From: Escherichia coli
GTDB taxonomy: Bacteria > Pseudomonadota > Gammaproteobacteria > Enterobacterales > Enterobacteriaceae
Direction: 5' to 3' (one strand)
Assembly: GCF_009931435.1 (NCBI RefSeq)
Contig: NZ_CP043414.1
DNA: 64,000 nt
This document shows, piece by piece, positions 38,271-51,423 of this stretch (its first letter is position 1; every line of letters begins with the position of its first letter). The position numbers were made by a program, and so were the translations under genes. Below the pieces are notes generated by a model. That model worked only from the letters and a program-made list of their open reading frames with translations, made no database searches and was not told the DNA's origin.

Positions 38271-38497
38271 CTCTTAAACCATTCCTTACCATTTTCATGT
38301 CTTCGATAAGAAATCTTCATCATGCATGATCGATTTTGTCGATCGATTCGATCGAATTTTCTCTTTTTACCCTGCCTTTTGCATGGTTTTAAAATAGGCA
38401 AAATTACTTGTCATTCGTGGAAAATGATGGCGGAGATAACTGAGCTTAAAAAGTTTCTCTTGTCTCCGTCACTTGCCATACCAGCCAGGAAAAGAAG

Positions 38498-38866
38498 ATG
38501 TCAGCACAAGAAAAAACAGTACAGATTGATTCTTTTGATGCGAAATTTTTAGATATAAATACATTAAGCAAGCTTATCTATGAACGTAAGAGTTTTGTGA
38601 TAGAAAATGTTTCCGATGTTAGTGAAACGGTAAAAAGAGTGGAGCATGAAATAGAGAAAAGGAAATTAAGTTGTCGTGTATATACTGAGTACAGGAGCAC
38701 AGCTTTAGCTGGTTCTTTATGGTCACCAACCGTAATTCTGGGAGTGGCGAGTGCAGTAGCAATAGGTGTTCATAATTTATCTACATGGAACCCCGATTAT
38801 GAAATCGGTAAGAACTATATTAAACGGAGATTATCGGTAAAATATAAAAAGGCAGAAGTATTGTGA
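38498..38866 (+). CDS. hypothetical small protein with one predicted TM segment
   Basis: 122-aa AT-rich ORF with hydrophobic stretch PTVILGVASAVAIGV. No homology recognised. Confidence 0.3.
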   Translation: MSAQEKTVQIDSFDAKFLDINTLSKLIYERKSFVIENVSDVSETVKRVEHEIEKRKLSCRVYTEYRSTALAGSLWSPTVILGVASAVAIGVHNLSTWNPDYEIGKNYIKRRLSVKYKKAEVL

Positions 38867-39083
38867 TCGGTTACTCCAGTGCCCCTGCCTGTTCGTATTC
38901 TGGTGAGGTTGTATACACATAATTTCAGGCTGGCGTTCACGTCCTCACTGAGGAAATATATTTATTTTGTGTAGAGTAAAAGTCTGGCTTCCGTAGTGTG
39001 GAGGGGGGAGGCTGCCTTTAGTCCGGTTTTTAAATATTAAAAATATATATTAAAGTGATGATACAATAACGGAGATAATTGAA

Positions 39084-39830
39084 ATGAAAAAGGTTTTTGC
39101 TGTTTCAGTGGTGGGCGCAGCCTGTGTATTTGCAGCAAATGCAGGTGCTGAGGACGGTAAAAGCGGTTTTTATCTGACCGGTAAAGCCGGTGCCTCTGTG
39201 GTGTCACTTTCAGACCAGCGTTTCCTGTCAGGAGATGAAGAAGAAACGTCAAAGTATAAAGGTGGGGATGACCATGACACGGTATTCAGTGGCGGTATCG
39301 CAGCCGGTTATGATTTTTATCCGCAGTTCAGTATTCCGGTTCGTACAGAACTGGAGTTTTACGCACGTGGAAAAGCTGATTCGAAGTATAACATAGATAA
39401 AGGTAAAGGCAGCTGGTCAGATGGTTACTGGCGTGATGACCTTAAGAATGAGGTATCACTCAACACTCTGATGCTGAATGCATACTATGACTTCCGGAAT
39501 GACAGTGCATTCACACCATGGGTATCAGCAGGGATTGGTTACGCCAGGATTCATCAGAAAACAACCGGTATCAGCACCTGGGATTACGGGTACGGATACA
39601 GTGGTCGTGAATCGTTGTCACGTTCAGGCTCTGCTGACAACTTCGCATGGAGCCTTGGCGCGGGTGTTCGCTATGACGTAACCCCGGATATCGCTCTGGA
39701 CCTCAGCTATCGCTATCTTGATGCAGGTGACAGCAGTGTGAGTTACAAGGACGAGTGGGGCGATAAATATAAATCAGAAGTTGATGTTAAAAGTCATGAC
39801 ATCATGCTTGGTGTGACTTATAACTTCTGA
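39084..39830 (+). CDS. hra: Hra1/Hek/Tia-family outer-membrane adhesin/invasin (8-stranded beta-barrel)
   Basis: 248 aa. Signal peptide MKKVFAVSVVGAACVFAANAGA and terminal ...GVTYNF. The sequence matches heat-resistant agglutinin 1/Hek as recalled. Confidence 0.85.
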   Translation: MKKVFAVSVVGAACVFAANAGAEDGKSGFYLTGKAGASVVSLSDQRFLSGDEEETSKYKGGDDHDTVFSGGIAAGYDFYPQFSIPVRTELEFYARGKADSKYNIDKGKGSWSDGYWRDDLKNEVSLNTLMLNAYYDFRNDSAFTPWVSAGIGYARIHQKTTGISTWDYGYGYSGRESLSRSGSADNFAWSLGAGVRYDVTPDIALDLSYRYLDAGDSSVSYKDEWGDKYKSEVDVKSHDIMLGVTYNF

Positions 39831-39908
39831 CGACACTGCTTCTGAACGATAATTGCGCATATTTCTGCAATTAAGATAATTACGTATTTCTGTAATTAAA
39901 AAGGAACA

Positions 39909-39945
39909 CCCTGCAGTAATATTATACTGCAGGGTTGTCTGTTAT
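39909..39945 (+). terminator. rho-independent terminator after the hra-like gene
   Basis: CCCTGCAGTA-atatta-TACTGCAGGG followed by a T-rich tract (ttgtctgttatctgttt). Confidence 0.7.
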
Positions 39946-40014
39946 CTGTTTCACAGATAACTTCTGATTTTTATTATCCTGTTCTCTTCATAATAATGTT
40001 GTCGATATACTCCG

Positions 40015-41517
40015 ATGAATATAAGAAAACTGTTTTGTCCGGGCAACACTCCCCGGATTATATTGTTTTTATTCTTTTTTGTTGTTTCTGTCATAACCAC
40101 AATTGCATGCGGATACACTGAGAAGAATGCCACCGGGAATGTGTTGCTGCTGTTCCTTCTTCTGCTCCTTGCACACAGAAATACCCTCACATCCATTACA
40201 GCGCTGTTATTTCTGTTCTGTTGTGCACTGTATGCGCCTGCCGGTATGACGTACGGAAAAATCAACAACAGTTTTATTGTCGCGTTGTTGCAGACCACGG
40301 CGGATGAGGCTGCGGAGTTTACCGGGATGATTCCTGTTTATCATTTTCTGGTCAGTGCCGCGATTCTGGTGTTCATGGTTATTTTCTGGCGGACACACCA
40401 CCGTGGTCAACGTAACGCGATGGCTCTGTTGTTATTCGTATTATGCTCTGTAAACAGCTGGCCGTTACGGATGGTTAAAGGAACAGTTGTGGGGACAACT
40501 GACACATTGCGTGAAATGCAGCGTTATGAACAACTGAGTCGGCACGGTGCTGACAGCTGGAAAATCCTGCCGGGAGCACCATTATATGACACGATTGTTA
40601 TTGTTACTGGTGAGAGTGTCCGCAGGGATTATATGTCGGTATATGGTTATCCCGAGCCAACCACACCATGGCTGAATACGGCTCCCGGTTTATTTATTGA
40701 CGGTTATACATCGGCAGCAGCCAGTACCGTACCTTCCCTGAGCCGGACACTGATTTATGACTATGAGCAGAACCCTGACTCCGGCAACAACGTGGTGGCG
40801 CTGGCAGCAAAAGCAGGATACAGCACATGGTGGATATCCAATCAGGGAAAGCTGGGGGAGCATGATACACGCATCTCTGTTATTGCTTCTGATGCGGAGC
40901 ATACCGTTTTCCTCAAGAAAGGCAGCTTTGCTTCCCGTAAAACGGATGACATGTTGTTGTTACAGGAAACAGAACGTGCGCTGGCAGATACATCCACTCC
41001 GAAGGTGATTTTCCTGCACATGATGGGGTCTCATCCGAACCCGTGTGATCGGCTTCACTCCTGGCAGAATAATTACCTGGAGCAGTATTCCCGAAAAATT
41101 GCCTGTTATCTTGCCAGCATCAGTAAACTGGATAACTTTCTCGGTCAGCTTGATGGTATCCTTCGCCGGTATTCCCGTCATTTTGCCATGCTTTACTTTT
41201 CTGACCATGGGCTGTCGGTCAGCGACAGTGCTAATCCTGTTCATCATGATGGTCATGTGCAGGGAGGCTACAGCGTTCCCCTGATTATTACCGCCAGTGA
41301 CATCACGTCTCATCAGTCTGTCAGCAGAAAAATCAGTGCCCGTCATTTCGCAGGTATTTTTCAGTGGCTGACCGGCATTCGTACTGAAAATATACCGCCA
41401 TTCAATCCGCTGACAGACGAAGATAATGAACCCATTATGGTTTTTAACGGAGACAAGAATGTACCGACAGACAGCCTTGAGTCACAGCCTCTGATTCTTC
41501 CGGGCAAGGGAAAATAA
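40015..41517 (+). CDS. phosphoethanolamine transferase-family membrane sulfatase-fold enzyme
   Basis: 500 aa. N-terminal TM helices. Periplasmic domain motifs VIVTGESVRRDYMSVYGY and HMMGSHPNPCDR, typical of the EptA/YhbX family. Confidence 0.75.
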   Translation: MNIRKLFCPGNTPRIILFLFFFVVSVITTIACGYTEKNATGNVLLLFLLLLLAHRNTLTSITALLFLFCCALYAPAGMTYGKINNSFIVALLQTTADEAAEFTGMIPVYHFLVSAAILVFMVIFWRTHHRGQRNAMALLLFVLCSVNSWPLRMVKGTVVGTTDTLREMQRYEQLSRHGADSWKILPGAPLYDTIVIVTGESVRRDYMSVYGYPEPTTPWLNTAPGLFIDGYTSAAASTVPSLSRTLIYDYEQNPDSGNNVVALAAKAGYSTWWISNQGKLGEHDTRISVIASDAEHTVFLKKGSFASRKTDDMLLLQETERALADTSTPKVIFLHMMGSHPNPCDRLHSWQNNYLEQYSRKIACYLASISKLDNFLGQLDGILRRYSRHFAMLYFSDHGLSVSDSANPVHHDGHVQGGYSVPLIITASDITSHQSVSRKISARHFAGIFQWLTGIRTENIPPFNPLTDEDNEPIMVFNGDKNVPTDSLESQPLILPGKGK

Positions 41518-41703
41518 GAGTAATGTTCATCACCAGGTTATGTACGATGAGTTTTCCACTGTTTATAGCAATTATCTTGCTAATAACCAGACAGGAGTAA
41601 CCAGACCAACCGAAAACACCGGGGAGGTGATTACCCGCTGGCAGAGGAGGTGATGCTGCCAACTTACTGATTTAGTGTATGATGGTGTTTTTGAGGTGCT
41701 CCA

Positions 41704-41979
41704 GTGGCTTCTGTTTCTATCAGCTGTCCCTCCTGTTCAGCTACTGACGGGGTGGTGCGTAACGGCAAAAGCACCGCCGGACATCAGCGCTATCTCTGCT
41801 CTCACTGCCGTAAAACATGGCAACTGCAGTTCACTTACACCGCTTCTCAACCCGGTACGCACCAGAAAATCATTGATATGGCCATGAATGGCGTTGGATG
41901 CCGGGCAACCGCCCGCATTATGGGCGTTGGCCTCAACACGATTTTCCGCCATTTAAAAAACTCAGGCCGCAGTCGGTAA
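41704..41979 (+). CDS. insA: IS1 InsA
   Basis: 91 aa, [43 protein letters not shown]... Confidence 0.95.
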   Translation: MASVSISCPSCSATDGVVRNGKSTAGHQRYLCSHCRKTWQLQFTYTASQPGTHQKIIDMAMNGVGCRATARIMGVGLNTIFRHLKNSGRSR

Positions 41980-42401
41980 CCTCGCGCATACAGCCGGGCA
42001 GTGACGTCATCGTCTGCGCGGAAATGGACGAACAGTGGGGCTATGTCGGGGCTAAATCGCGCCAGCGCTGGCTGTTTTACGCGTATGACAGGCTCCGGAA
42101 GACGGTTGTTGCGCACGTATTCGGTGAACGCACTATGGCGACGCTGGGGCGTCTTATGAGCCTGCTGTCACCCTTTGACGTGGTGATATGGATGACGGAT
42201 GGCTGGCCGCTGTATGAATCCCGCCTGAAGGGAAAGCTGCACGTAATCAGCAAGCGATATACGCAGCGAATTGAGCGGCATAACCTGAATCTGAGGCAGC
42301 ACCTGGCACGGCTGGGACGGAAGTCGCTGTCGTTCTCAAAATCGGTGGAGCTGCATGACAAAGTCATCGGGCATTATCTGAACATAAAACACTATCAATA
42401 A
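41898..42401 (+). CDS. insB: IS1 InsB frame (expressed as InsAB' by -1 frameshift at the A6C run, 41955-41961)
   Basis: The 167-aa frame matches IS1 InsB. The slippery A-run ttaaaaaac lies at the insA end. Confidence 0.9.
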   Translation: MPGNRPHYGRWPQHDFPPFKKLRPQSVTSRIQPGSDVIVCAEMDEQWGYVGAKSRQRWLFYAYDRLRKTVVAHVFGERTMATLGRLMSLLSPFDVVIWMTDGWPLYESRLKGKLHVISKRYTQRIERHNLNLRQHLARLGRKSLSFSKSVELHDKVIGHYLNIKHYQ

Positions 42402-42474
42402 GTTGGAGTCATTACCCCCCGGACGAGTGGGAATCCATGGTAGGGATTTTTACCGAAATGGAAGAACACTATTA

Positions 42475-42512
42475 GGGGGCACCTCAGAAAACGGAAAATA
42501 AAGCACGCTAAG
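42475..42512 (+). repeat. Tn21 38-bp terminal inverted repeat (mer end)
   Basis: Match to the Tn21/Tn501-type IR sequence as recalled. Confidence 0.9.
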
Positions 42513-42942
42513 GCATAGCTGACCTTGCCAGGCCTGCTTCGCCCTGTAGTGACGCGATCAACGGGCAGGAAACATTCCCCTTTCGTGCATGGCAGGCGCA
42601 CACGAGTTCAGACAGCACGGTTTCCATGCGCGCCAAGTCGGCCATCTTCTCGCGCACGTCCTTGAGCTTGTGTTCGGCCAGGCTGCTGGCCTCCTCGCAG
42701 TGGGTGCCATCGTCGAGCCGCAACAGCTCGGCAATCTCGTCCAGACTGAACCCCAGCCGCTGTGCCGATTTCACGAATTTCACCCGAACCACGTCCGCCT
42801 CCCCATAGCGGCGGATGCTGCCGTAAGGCTTGTCCGGTTCCCGCAACAGGCCCTTGCGCTGATAGAAGCGGATTGTCTCCACGTTGACCCCGGCCGCCTT
42901 GGCAAAAACGCCAATGGTCAGGTTTTCCAAATTATTTTCCAT
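42508..42942 (-). CDS. merR: MerR mercury-responsive regulator
   Basis: 144 aa from ATG 42942, [33 protein letters not shown]..., with Cys residues C82, C117 and C126. Confidence 0.95.
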
Positions 42943-42947
42943 ATCGC

Positions 42948-42978
42948 TTGACTCCGTACATGAGTACGGAAGTAAGGT
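42948..42978 (+). promoter_or_regulatory. mer operator/promoter (PmerT with 19-bp spacer and MerR dyad)
   Basis: -35 TTGACT (42948-42953), dyad TCCGTACATGAGTACGGA (42953-42970), -10 TAAGGT (42973-42978). Confidence 0.9.
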
Positions 42979-43013
42979 TACGCTATCCAATCCAAATTCA
43001 AAAGGGCCAACGT

Positions 43014-43364
43014 ATGTCTGAACCACAAAACGGGCGCGGTGCGCTCTTCGCCGGCGGGCTGGCCGCCATTCTTGCATCGACCTGCTGCCTGGGGCCGCTA
43101 GTACTGGTCGCCCTGGGCTTCTCCGGTGCTTGGATCGGCAACCTGACGGTGCTGGAACCCTATCGACCGTTGTTCATCGGCGCGGCGCTAGTGGCGCTGT
43201 TCTTCGCCTGGAAGCGGATTTACCGGCCCGTGCAGGCATGCAAGCCAGGTGAGGTCTGCGCGATTCCGCAGGTGCGCGCCACCTACAAGCTGATTTTCTG
43301 GATCGTGGCCGTGCTGGTCCTGGTCGCGCTTGGATTTCCCTATGTCGTTCCATTTTTCTATTAA
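43014..43364 (+). CDS. merT: MerT mercuric ion transporter
   Basis: 116 aa from ATG 43014, [31 protein letters not shown]... Confidence 0.95.
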
Positions 43365-43377
43365 CCAGGAGTTCATC

Positions 43378-43492
43378 ATGAAGAAACTGTTTGCCTCCCT
43401 TGCCCTCGCCGCCGCTGTTGCCCCGGTGTGGGCCGCTACCCAGACCGTCACGCTAGCGGTTCCCGGCATGACTTGCGCCGCCTGCCCGATCA
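43378..43492 (+). pseudogene. merP: merP 5' part (interrupted by the Tn3-family transposon)
   Basis: MKKLFASLALAAAVAPVWAATQTVTLAVPGMTCAACPI, then the reading frame runs into the transposon IR. Confidence 0.95.
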
Positions 43493-43639
43493 GGGGTCTG
43501 ACGCTCAGTGGAACGAAAACTCACGTTAAGGGATTTTGGTCATGAGATTATCAAAAAGGATCTTCACCTAGATCCTTTTAAATTAAAAATGAAGTTTTAA
43601 ATCAATCTAAAGTATATATGAGTAAACTTGGTCTGACAG

Positions 43640-44512
<873 letters not shown>

Positions 44513-44682
44513 TCAATATTATTGAAGCATTTATCAGGGTTATTGTCTCATGAGCGGATACATATTTGAATGTATTTAGAAAAATAAACAAATAGGGGTT
44601 CCGCGCACATTTCCCCGAAAAGTGCCACCTGACGTCTAAGAAACCATTATTATCATGACATTAACCTATAAAAATAGGCGTA

Positions 44683-45401
<719 letters not shown>

Positions 45402-48400
45402 ATGCCCGTTGATTTTTTGACCACTGAGCAGGTTGAGAGTTATGGCAGGTTCACTGGCGAACCCGATGAACTTCAGCTGGCGCGTTATTTTCATCTTGAT
45501 GAAGCGGATAAAGAATTTATCGGGAAAAGCCGGGGTGATCACAATCGACTTGGTATTGCCCTGCAAATCGGGTGTGTGCGTTTTCTGGGCACTTTTCTTA
45601 CTGACATGAATCATATTCCTTCCGGCGTCCGGCATTTTACCGCCAGACAGCTCGGGATTCGTGATATCACCGTTCTTGCAGAATACGGTCAGAGGGAAAA
45701 TACCCGCCGTGAGCATGCAGCGCTGATACGTCAGCACTATCAGTATCGTGAATTTGCCTGGCCCTGGACATTTCGCCTTACCCGTCTTTTATATACCCGG
45801 AGCTGGATAAGCAACGAACGTCCTGGCCTGCTTTTCGACCTGGCGACAGGGTGGCTTATGCAACATCGTATTATTCTCCCCGGAGCCACCACGCTGACCC
45901 GGTTGATTTCAGAGGTAAGGGAAAAGGCGACGTTGCGCCTGTGGAACAAACTGGCACTGATACCGTCAGCCGAACAGCGTTCACAGCTGGAGATGCTGCT
46001 GGGGCCAACTGATTGCAGCCGCCTGTCTTTACTGGAATCACTGAAAAAAGGCCCTGTGACCATCAGTGGTCCGGCGTTTAATGAAGCAATTGAACGCTGG
46101 AAAACTCTGAACGATTTTGGCCTGCATGCTGAAAACCTGAGTACACTCCCGGCTGTGCGCCTGAAAAATCTCGCACGTTATGCTGGTATGACTTCGGTGT
46201 TCAATATTGCCAGGATGTCACCGCAGAAAAGGATGGCGGTTCTGGTTGCCTTTGTCCTTGCATGGGAAACGCTGGCGCTGGATGATGCACTGGACGTTCT
46301 GGACGCCATGCTGGCCGTTATCATCCGTGACGCCAGAAAGATTGGGCAGAAAAAACGGCTCCGCTCGCTGAAGGATCTGGATAAATCTGCATTGGCGCTC
46401 GCCAGCGCATGTTCGTACTTGCTGAAAGAAGAAACACCGGACGAATCGATTCGTGCTGAGGTGTTCAGCTACATCCCTAGGCAAAAGCTGGCTGAAATCA
46501 TCACGCTTGTCCGTGAAATTGCCCGGCCCTCAGACGATAATTTTCATGACGAAATGGTGGAGCAGTACGGGCGCGTTCGTCGTTTCCTGCCCCATCTGCT
46601 GAATACCGTTAAATTTTCATCCGCACCTGCCGGGGTTACCACTCTGAATGCCTGTGACTACCTCAGCCGGGAGTTCAGCTCACGGCGGCAGTTTTTTGAC
46701 GACGCACCAACGGAAATCATCAGTCAGTCATGGAAACGGCTGGTGATTAACAAGGAAAAACATATCACCCGAAGGGGATACACGCTCTGCTTTCTCAGTA
46801 AACTGCAGGATAGTCTGAGACGGAGGGATGTCTACGTTACCGGCAGTAACCGGTGGGGAGATCCTCGTGCAAGATTACTACAGGGTGCTGACTGGCAGGC
46901 AAATCGGATTAAGGTTTATCGTTCTTTGGGGCACCCGACAGACCCGCAGGAAGCAATAAAATCTCTGGGCCATCAGCTTGATAGTCGTTACAGACAGGTT
47001 GCTGCACGTCTTGGCGAAAATGAGGCTGTCGAACTCGATGTTTCTGGCCCGAAGCCCCGGTTGACAATTTCTCCCCTCGCCAGTCTTGATGAGCCGGACA
47101 GTCTGAAACGACTGAGCAAAATGATCAGTGATCTGCTCCCTCCGGTGGATTTAACGGAGTTGCTGCTCGAAATTAACGCCCATACCGGATTTGCTGATGA
47201 GTTTTTCCATGCCAGTGAAGCCAGTGCCAGAGTTGATGATCTGCCCGTCAGCATCAGCGCCGTGCTGATGGCTGAAGCCTGCAATATCGGTCTGGAACCA
47301 CTGATCAGATCAAATGTTCCTGCACTGACCCGACACCGGCTGAACTGGACAAAAGCGAACTATCTGCGGGCTGAAACTATCACCAGCGCTAATGCCAGAC
47401 TGGTTGATTTTCAGGCAACGCTGCCACTGGCACAGATATGGGGTGGAGGAGAAGTGGCATCTGCAGATGGAATGCGCTTTGTTACGCCAGTCAGAACAAT
47501 CAATGCCGGACCGAACCGCAAATACTTTGGTAATAACAGAGGGATCACCTGGTACAACTTTGTGTCCGATCAGTATTCCGGCTTTCATGGCATCGTTATA
47601 CCGGGGACGCTGAGGGACTCTATCTTTGTGCTGGAAGGCCTTCTGGAACAGGAGACCGGGCTGAATCCAACCGAAATTATGACCGATACGGCAGGTGCCA
47701 GCGATCTTGTCTTTGGCCTTTTCTGGCTGCTGGGATACCAGTTTTCTCCACGCCTGGCTGATGCCGGTGCTTCGGTTTTCTGGCGAATGGACCATGATGC
47801 CGACTATGGCGTGCTGAATGATATTGCCAGAGGGCAATCAGATCCCCGAAAAATAGTCCTTCAGTGGGACGAAATGATCCGGACCGCAGGCTCCCTGAAG
47901 CTGGGCAAAGTACAGGCCTCAGTGCTGGTCCGTTCATTGCTGAAAAGTGAACGTCCCTCCGGACTGACTCAGGCAATCATTGAAGTGGGGCGCATCAACA
48001 AAACGCTGTATCTGCTTAATTATATTGATGATGAAGATTACCGCCGGCGCATTCTGACCCAGCTTAATCGGGGAGAAAGCCGTCATGCAGTTGCCAGAGC
48101 CATCTGTCACGGTCAAAAAGGTGAGATAAGAAAACGATATACCGACGGTCAGGAAGATCAGTTGGGAGCTCTGGGGCTGGTCACTAACGCCGTCGTGTTA
48201 TGGAACACTATTTATATGCAGGCAGCTCTGGATCATCTCCGGGCGCAGGGTGAAACACTGAATGATGAAGATATCGCACGCCTCTCCCCGCTTTGCCACG
48301 GACATATCAATATGCTCGGCCATTATTCCTTCACGCTGGCAGAACTGGTGACCAAAGGTCATCTGAGACCATTAAAAGAGGCGTCAGAGGCAGAAAACGT

Positions 48401-48407
48401 TGCTTAA
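45402..48407 (+). CDS. tnpA: Tn3-type transposase
   Basis: 1001 aa from ATG 45402 (MPVDFLTTEQVESYGRF...). The gene ends inside the terminal IR. Confidence 0.95.
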   Translation: MPVDFLTTEQVESYGRFTGEPDELQLARYFHLDEADKEFIGKSRGDHNRLGIALQIGCVRFLGTFLTDMNHIPSGVRHFTARQLGIRDITVLAEYGQRENTRREHAALIRQHYQYREFAWPWTFRLTRLLYTRSWISNERPGLLFDLATGWLMQHRIILPGATTLTRLISEVREKATLRLWNKLALIPSAEQRSQLEMLLGPTDCSRLSLLESLKKGPVTISGPAFNEAIERWKTLNDFGLHAENLSTLPAVRLKNLARYAGMTSVFNIARMSPQKRMAVLVAFVLAWETLALDDALDVLDAMLAVIIRDARKIGQKKRLRSLKDLDKSALALASACSYLLKEETPDESIRAEVFSYIPRQKLAEIITLVREIARPSDDNFHDEMVEQYGRVRRFLPHLLNTVKFSSAPAGVTTLNACDYLSREFSSRRQFFDDAPTEIISQSWKRLVINKEKHITRRGYTLCFLSKLQDSLRRRDVYVTGSNRWGDPRARLLQGADWQANRIKVYRSLGHPTDPQEAIKSLGHQLDSRYRQVAARLGENEAVELDVSGPKPRLTISPLASLDEPDSLKRLSKMISDLLPPVDLTELLLEINAHTGFADEFFHASEASARVDDLPVSISAVLMAEACNIGLEPLIRSNVPALTRHRLNWTKANYLRAETITSANARLVDFQATLPLAQIWGGGEVASADGMRFVTPVRTINAGPNRKYFGNNRGITWYNFVSDQYSGFHGIVIPGTLRDSIFVLEGLLEQETGLNPTEIMTDTAGASDLVFGLFWLLGYQFSPRLADAGASVFWRMDHDADYGVLNDIARGQSDPRKIVLQWDEMIRTAGSLKLGKVQASVLVRSLLKSERPSGLTQAIIEVGRINKTLYLLNYIDDEDYRRRILTQLNRGESRHAVARAICHGQKGEIRKRYTDGQEDQLGALGLVTNAVVLWNTIYMQAALDHLRAQGETLNDEDIARLSPLCHGHINMLGHYSFTLAELVTKGHLRPLKEASEAENVA

Positions 48408-48440
48408 CGTGAGTTTTCGTTCCACTGAGCGTCAGACCCC

Positions 48441-48606
48441 GATCACAGTCAAGAAAGCGCTCTCCAAGGTCGAAGGCGTGAGCAAGGTCGATGTGGGCTT
48501 CGAGAAGCGCGAGGCCGTCGTCACTTTTGACGACACCAAGGCCAGCGTACAGAAGCTGACCAAGGCCACCGCAGACGCCGGCTATCCGTCCAGCGTCAAG
48601 CAGTGA
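48441..48606 (+). pseudogene. merP: merP 3' part
   Basis: After the GATCA duplication the frame continues TVKKALSKVEGVSKVDVGFEKREAVVTFDDTKASVQKLTKATADAGYPSSVKQ. Confidence 0.95.
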
Positions 48607-48641
48607 GCCAGCAAGCCAACGACAACAGCGAGAGCCGCTTC

Positions 48642-49064
48642 ATGGGACTGATGACACGCATTGCCGATAAAACCGGCGCGCTCGGCAGCGTCGTTTCCGC
48701 GATGGGCTGCGCCGCCTGCTTTCCAGCCCTCGCCAGCTTCGGCGCGGCCATCGGGCTGGGCTTCTTGAGCCAGTACGAGGGACTGTTCATCAGCCGCCTG
48801 CTGCCGCTGTTTGCCGCGCTGGCCTTCCTGGCGAACGCGCTGGGTTGGTTCAGTCATCGGCAATGGCTGCGCAGTCTGCTCGGCATGATCGGCCCGGCCA
48901 TCGTGTTTGCGGCCACGGTCTGGCTGCTCGGCAACTGGTGGACGGCGAACCTGATGTACGTCGGCCTGGCCTTGATGATTGGGGTGTCGATCTGGGACTT
49001 CGTGTCGCCGGCGCATCGCCGTTGCGGACCGGACGGCTGCGAACTCCCCGCCAAGCGCTTGTGA
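48642..49064 (+). CDS. merC: MerC mercury transport membrane protein
   Basis: 140 aa from ATG 48642, MGLMTRIADKTGALGSVVSAMGCAACFPA... Confidence 0.9.
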   Translation: MGLMTRIADKTGALGSVVSAMGCAACFPALASFGAAIGLGFLSQYEGLFISRLLPLFAALAFLANALGWFSHRQWLRSLLGMIGPAIVFAATVWLLGNWWTANLMYVGLALMIGVSIWDFVSPAHRRCGPDGCELPAKRL

Positions 49065-50810
<1,746 letters not shown>

Positions 50811-50827
50811 GGACAAGGAGGTGTGCG

Positions 50828-51190
50828 ATGAGCGCCTACACGGTATCGCAACTGGCCCATAACGCTGGGGTGAGCGTACATATCGTGCGCGACTACCTGG
50901 TGCGCGGCTTGTTACGGCCGGTGGCCTGCACCACGGGCGGCTACGGCGTGTTCGACGATGCGGCCTTGCAACGGCTGTGCTTCGTGCGCGCGGCCTTCGA
51001 GGCGGGTATCGGCCTGGATGCCCTGGCGCGGCTGTGCCGTGCGCTCGACGCAGCGGACGGCGCACAAGCCGCAGCGCAGCTTGCCGTGCTGCGCCAGTTG
51101 GTCGAGCGGCGGCGCGCGGCGTTGGCCCATCTGGACGCGCAACTGGCCTCCATGCCAGCCGAGCGGGCGCACGAGGAGGCATTGCCGTGA
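50828..51190 (+). CDS. merD: MerD co-regulator
   Basis: 121 aa from ATG 50828, [29 protein letters not shown] (MerR-like HTH). Confidence 0.9.
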   Translation: MSAYTVSQLAHNAGVSVHIVRDYLVRGLLRPVACTTGGYGVFDDAALQRLCFVRAAFEAGIGLDALARLCRALDAADGAQAAAQLAVLRQLVERRRAALAHLDAQLASMPAERAHEEALP

Positions 51191-51423
51191 ACGCCCCTGA
51201 CAAACTGCCGCCCGAGACGCGCCAACCCGTTTCCGGCTACCTGTGGGGTGCGCTGGCCGTGTTGACCTGCCCCTGCCATCTGCCGATTCTCGCCGCCGTG
51301 CTGGCCGGGACGACCGCCGGTGCCTTCCTTGGCGAGCATTGGGGTGTTGCCGCGCTCGCGCTGACCGGCTTGTTCGTTCTGGCCGTAACGCGGCTGCTGC
51401 GCGCCTTCCGGGGCGGATCATGA
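51187..51423 (+). CDS. merE: MerE
   Basis: 78 aa. GTG start overlapping the merD stop. [35 protein letters not shown]... Confidence 0.85.
   Translation: MNAPDKLPPETRQPVSGYLWGALAVLTCPCHLPILAAVLAGTTAGAFLGEHWGVAALALTGLFVLAVTRLLRAFRGGS

Larger units (their letters stand above)
41649..42416 (+). mobile_element. IS1 (768 bp)
   Basis: Ends GGTGATGCTGCCAACTTACTGAT and ...AAGTTGGAGTCATTACC. Carries insA and insB. The flanking 9-mers differ (GGCAGAGGA versus CCCCGGACG). Confidence 0.95.

Noticed and set aside
43330-43545. 71-aa ORF spanning the merT end, the merP start and the transposon IR.
   Set aside because: It is the truncated merP frame reading into the Tn3-family inverted repeat, not an independent gene.
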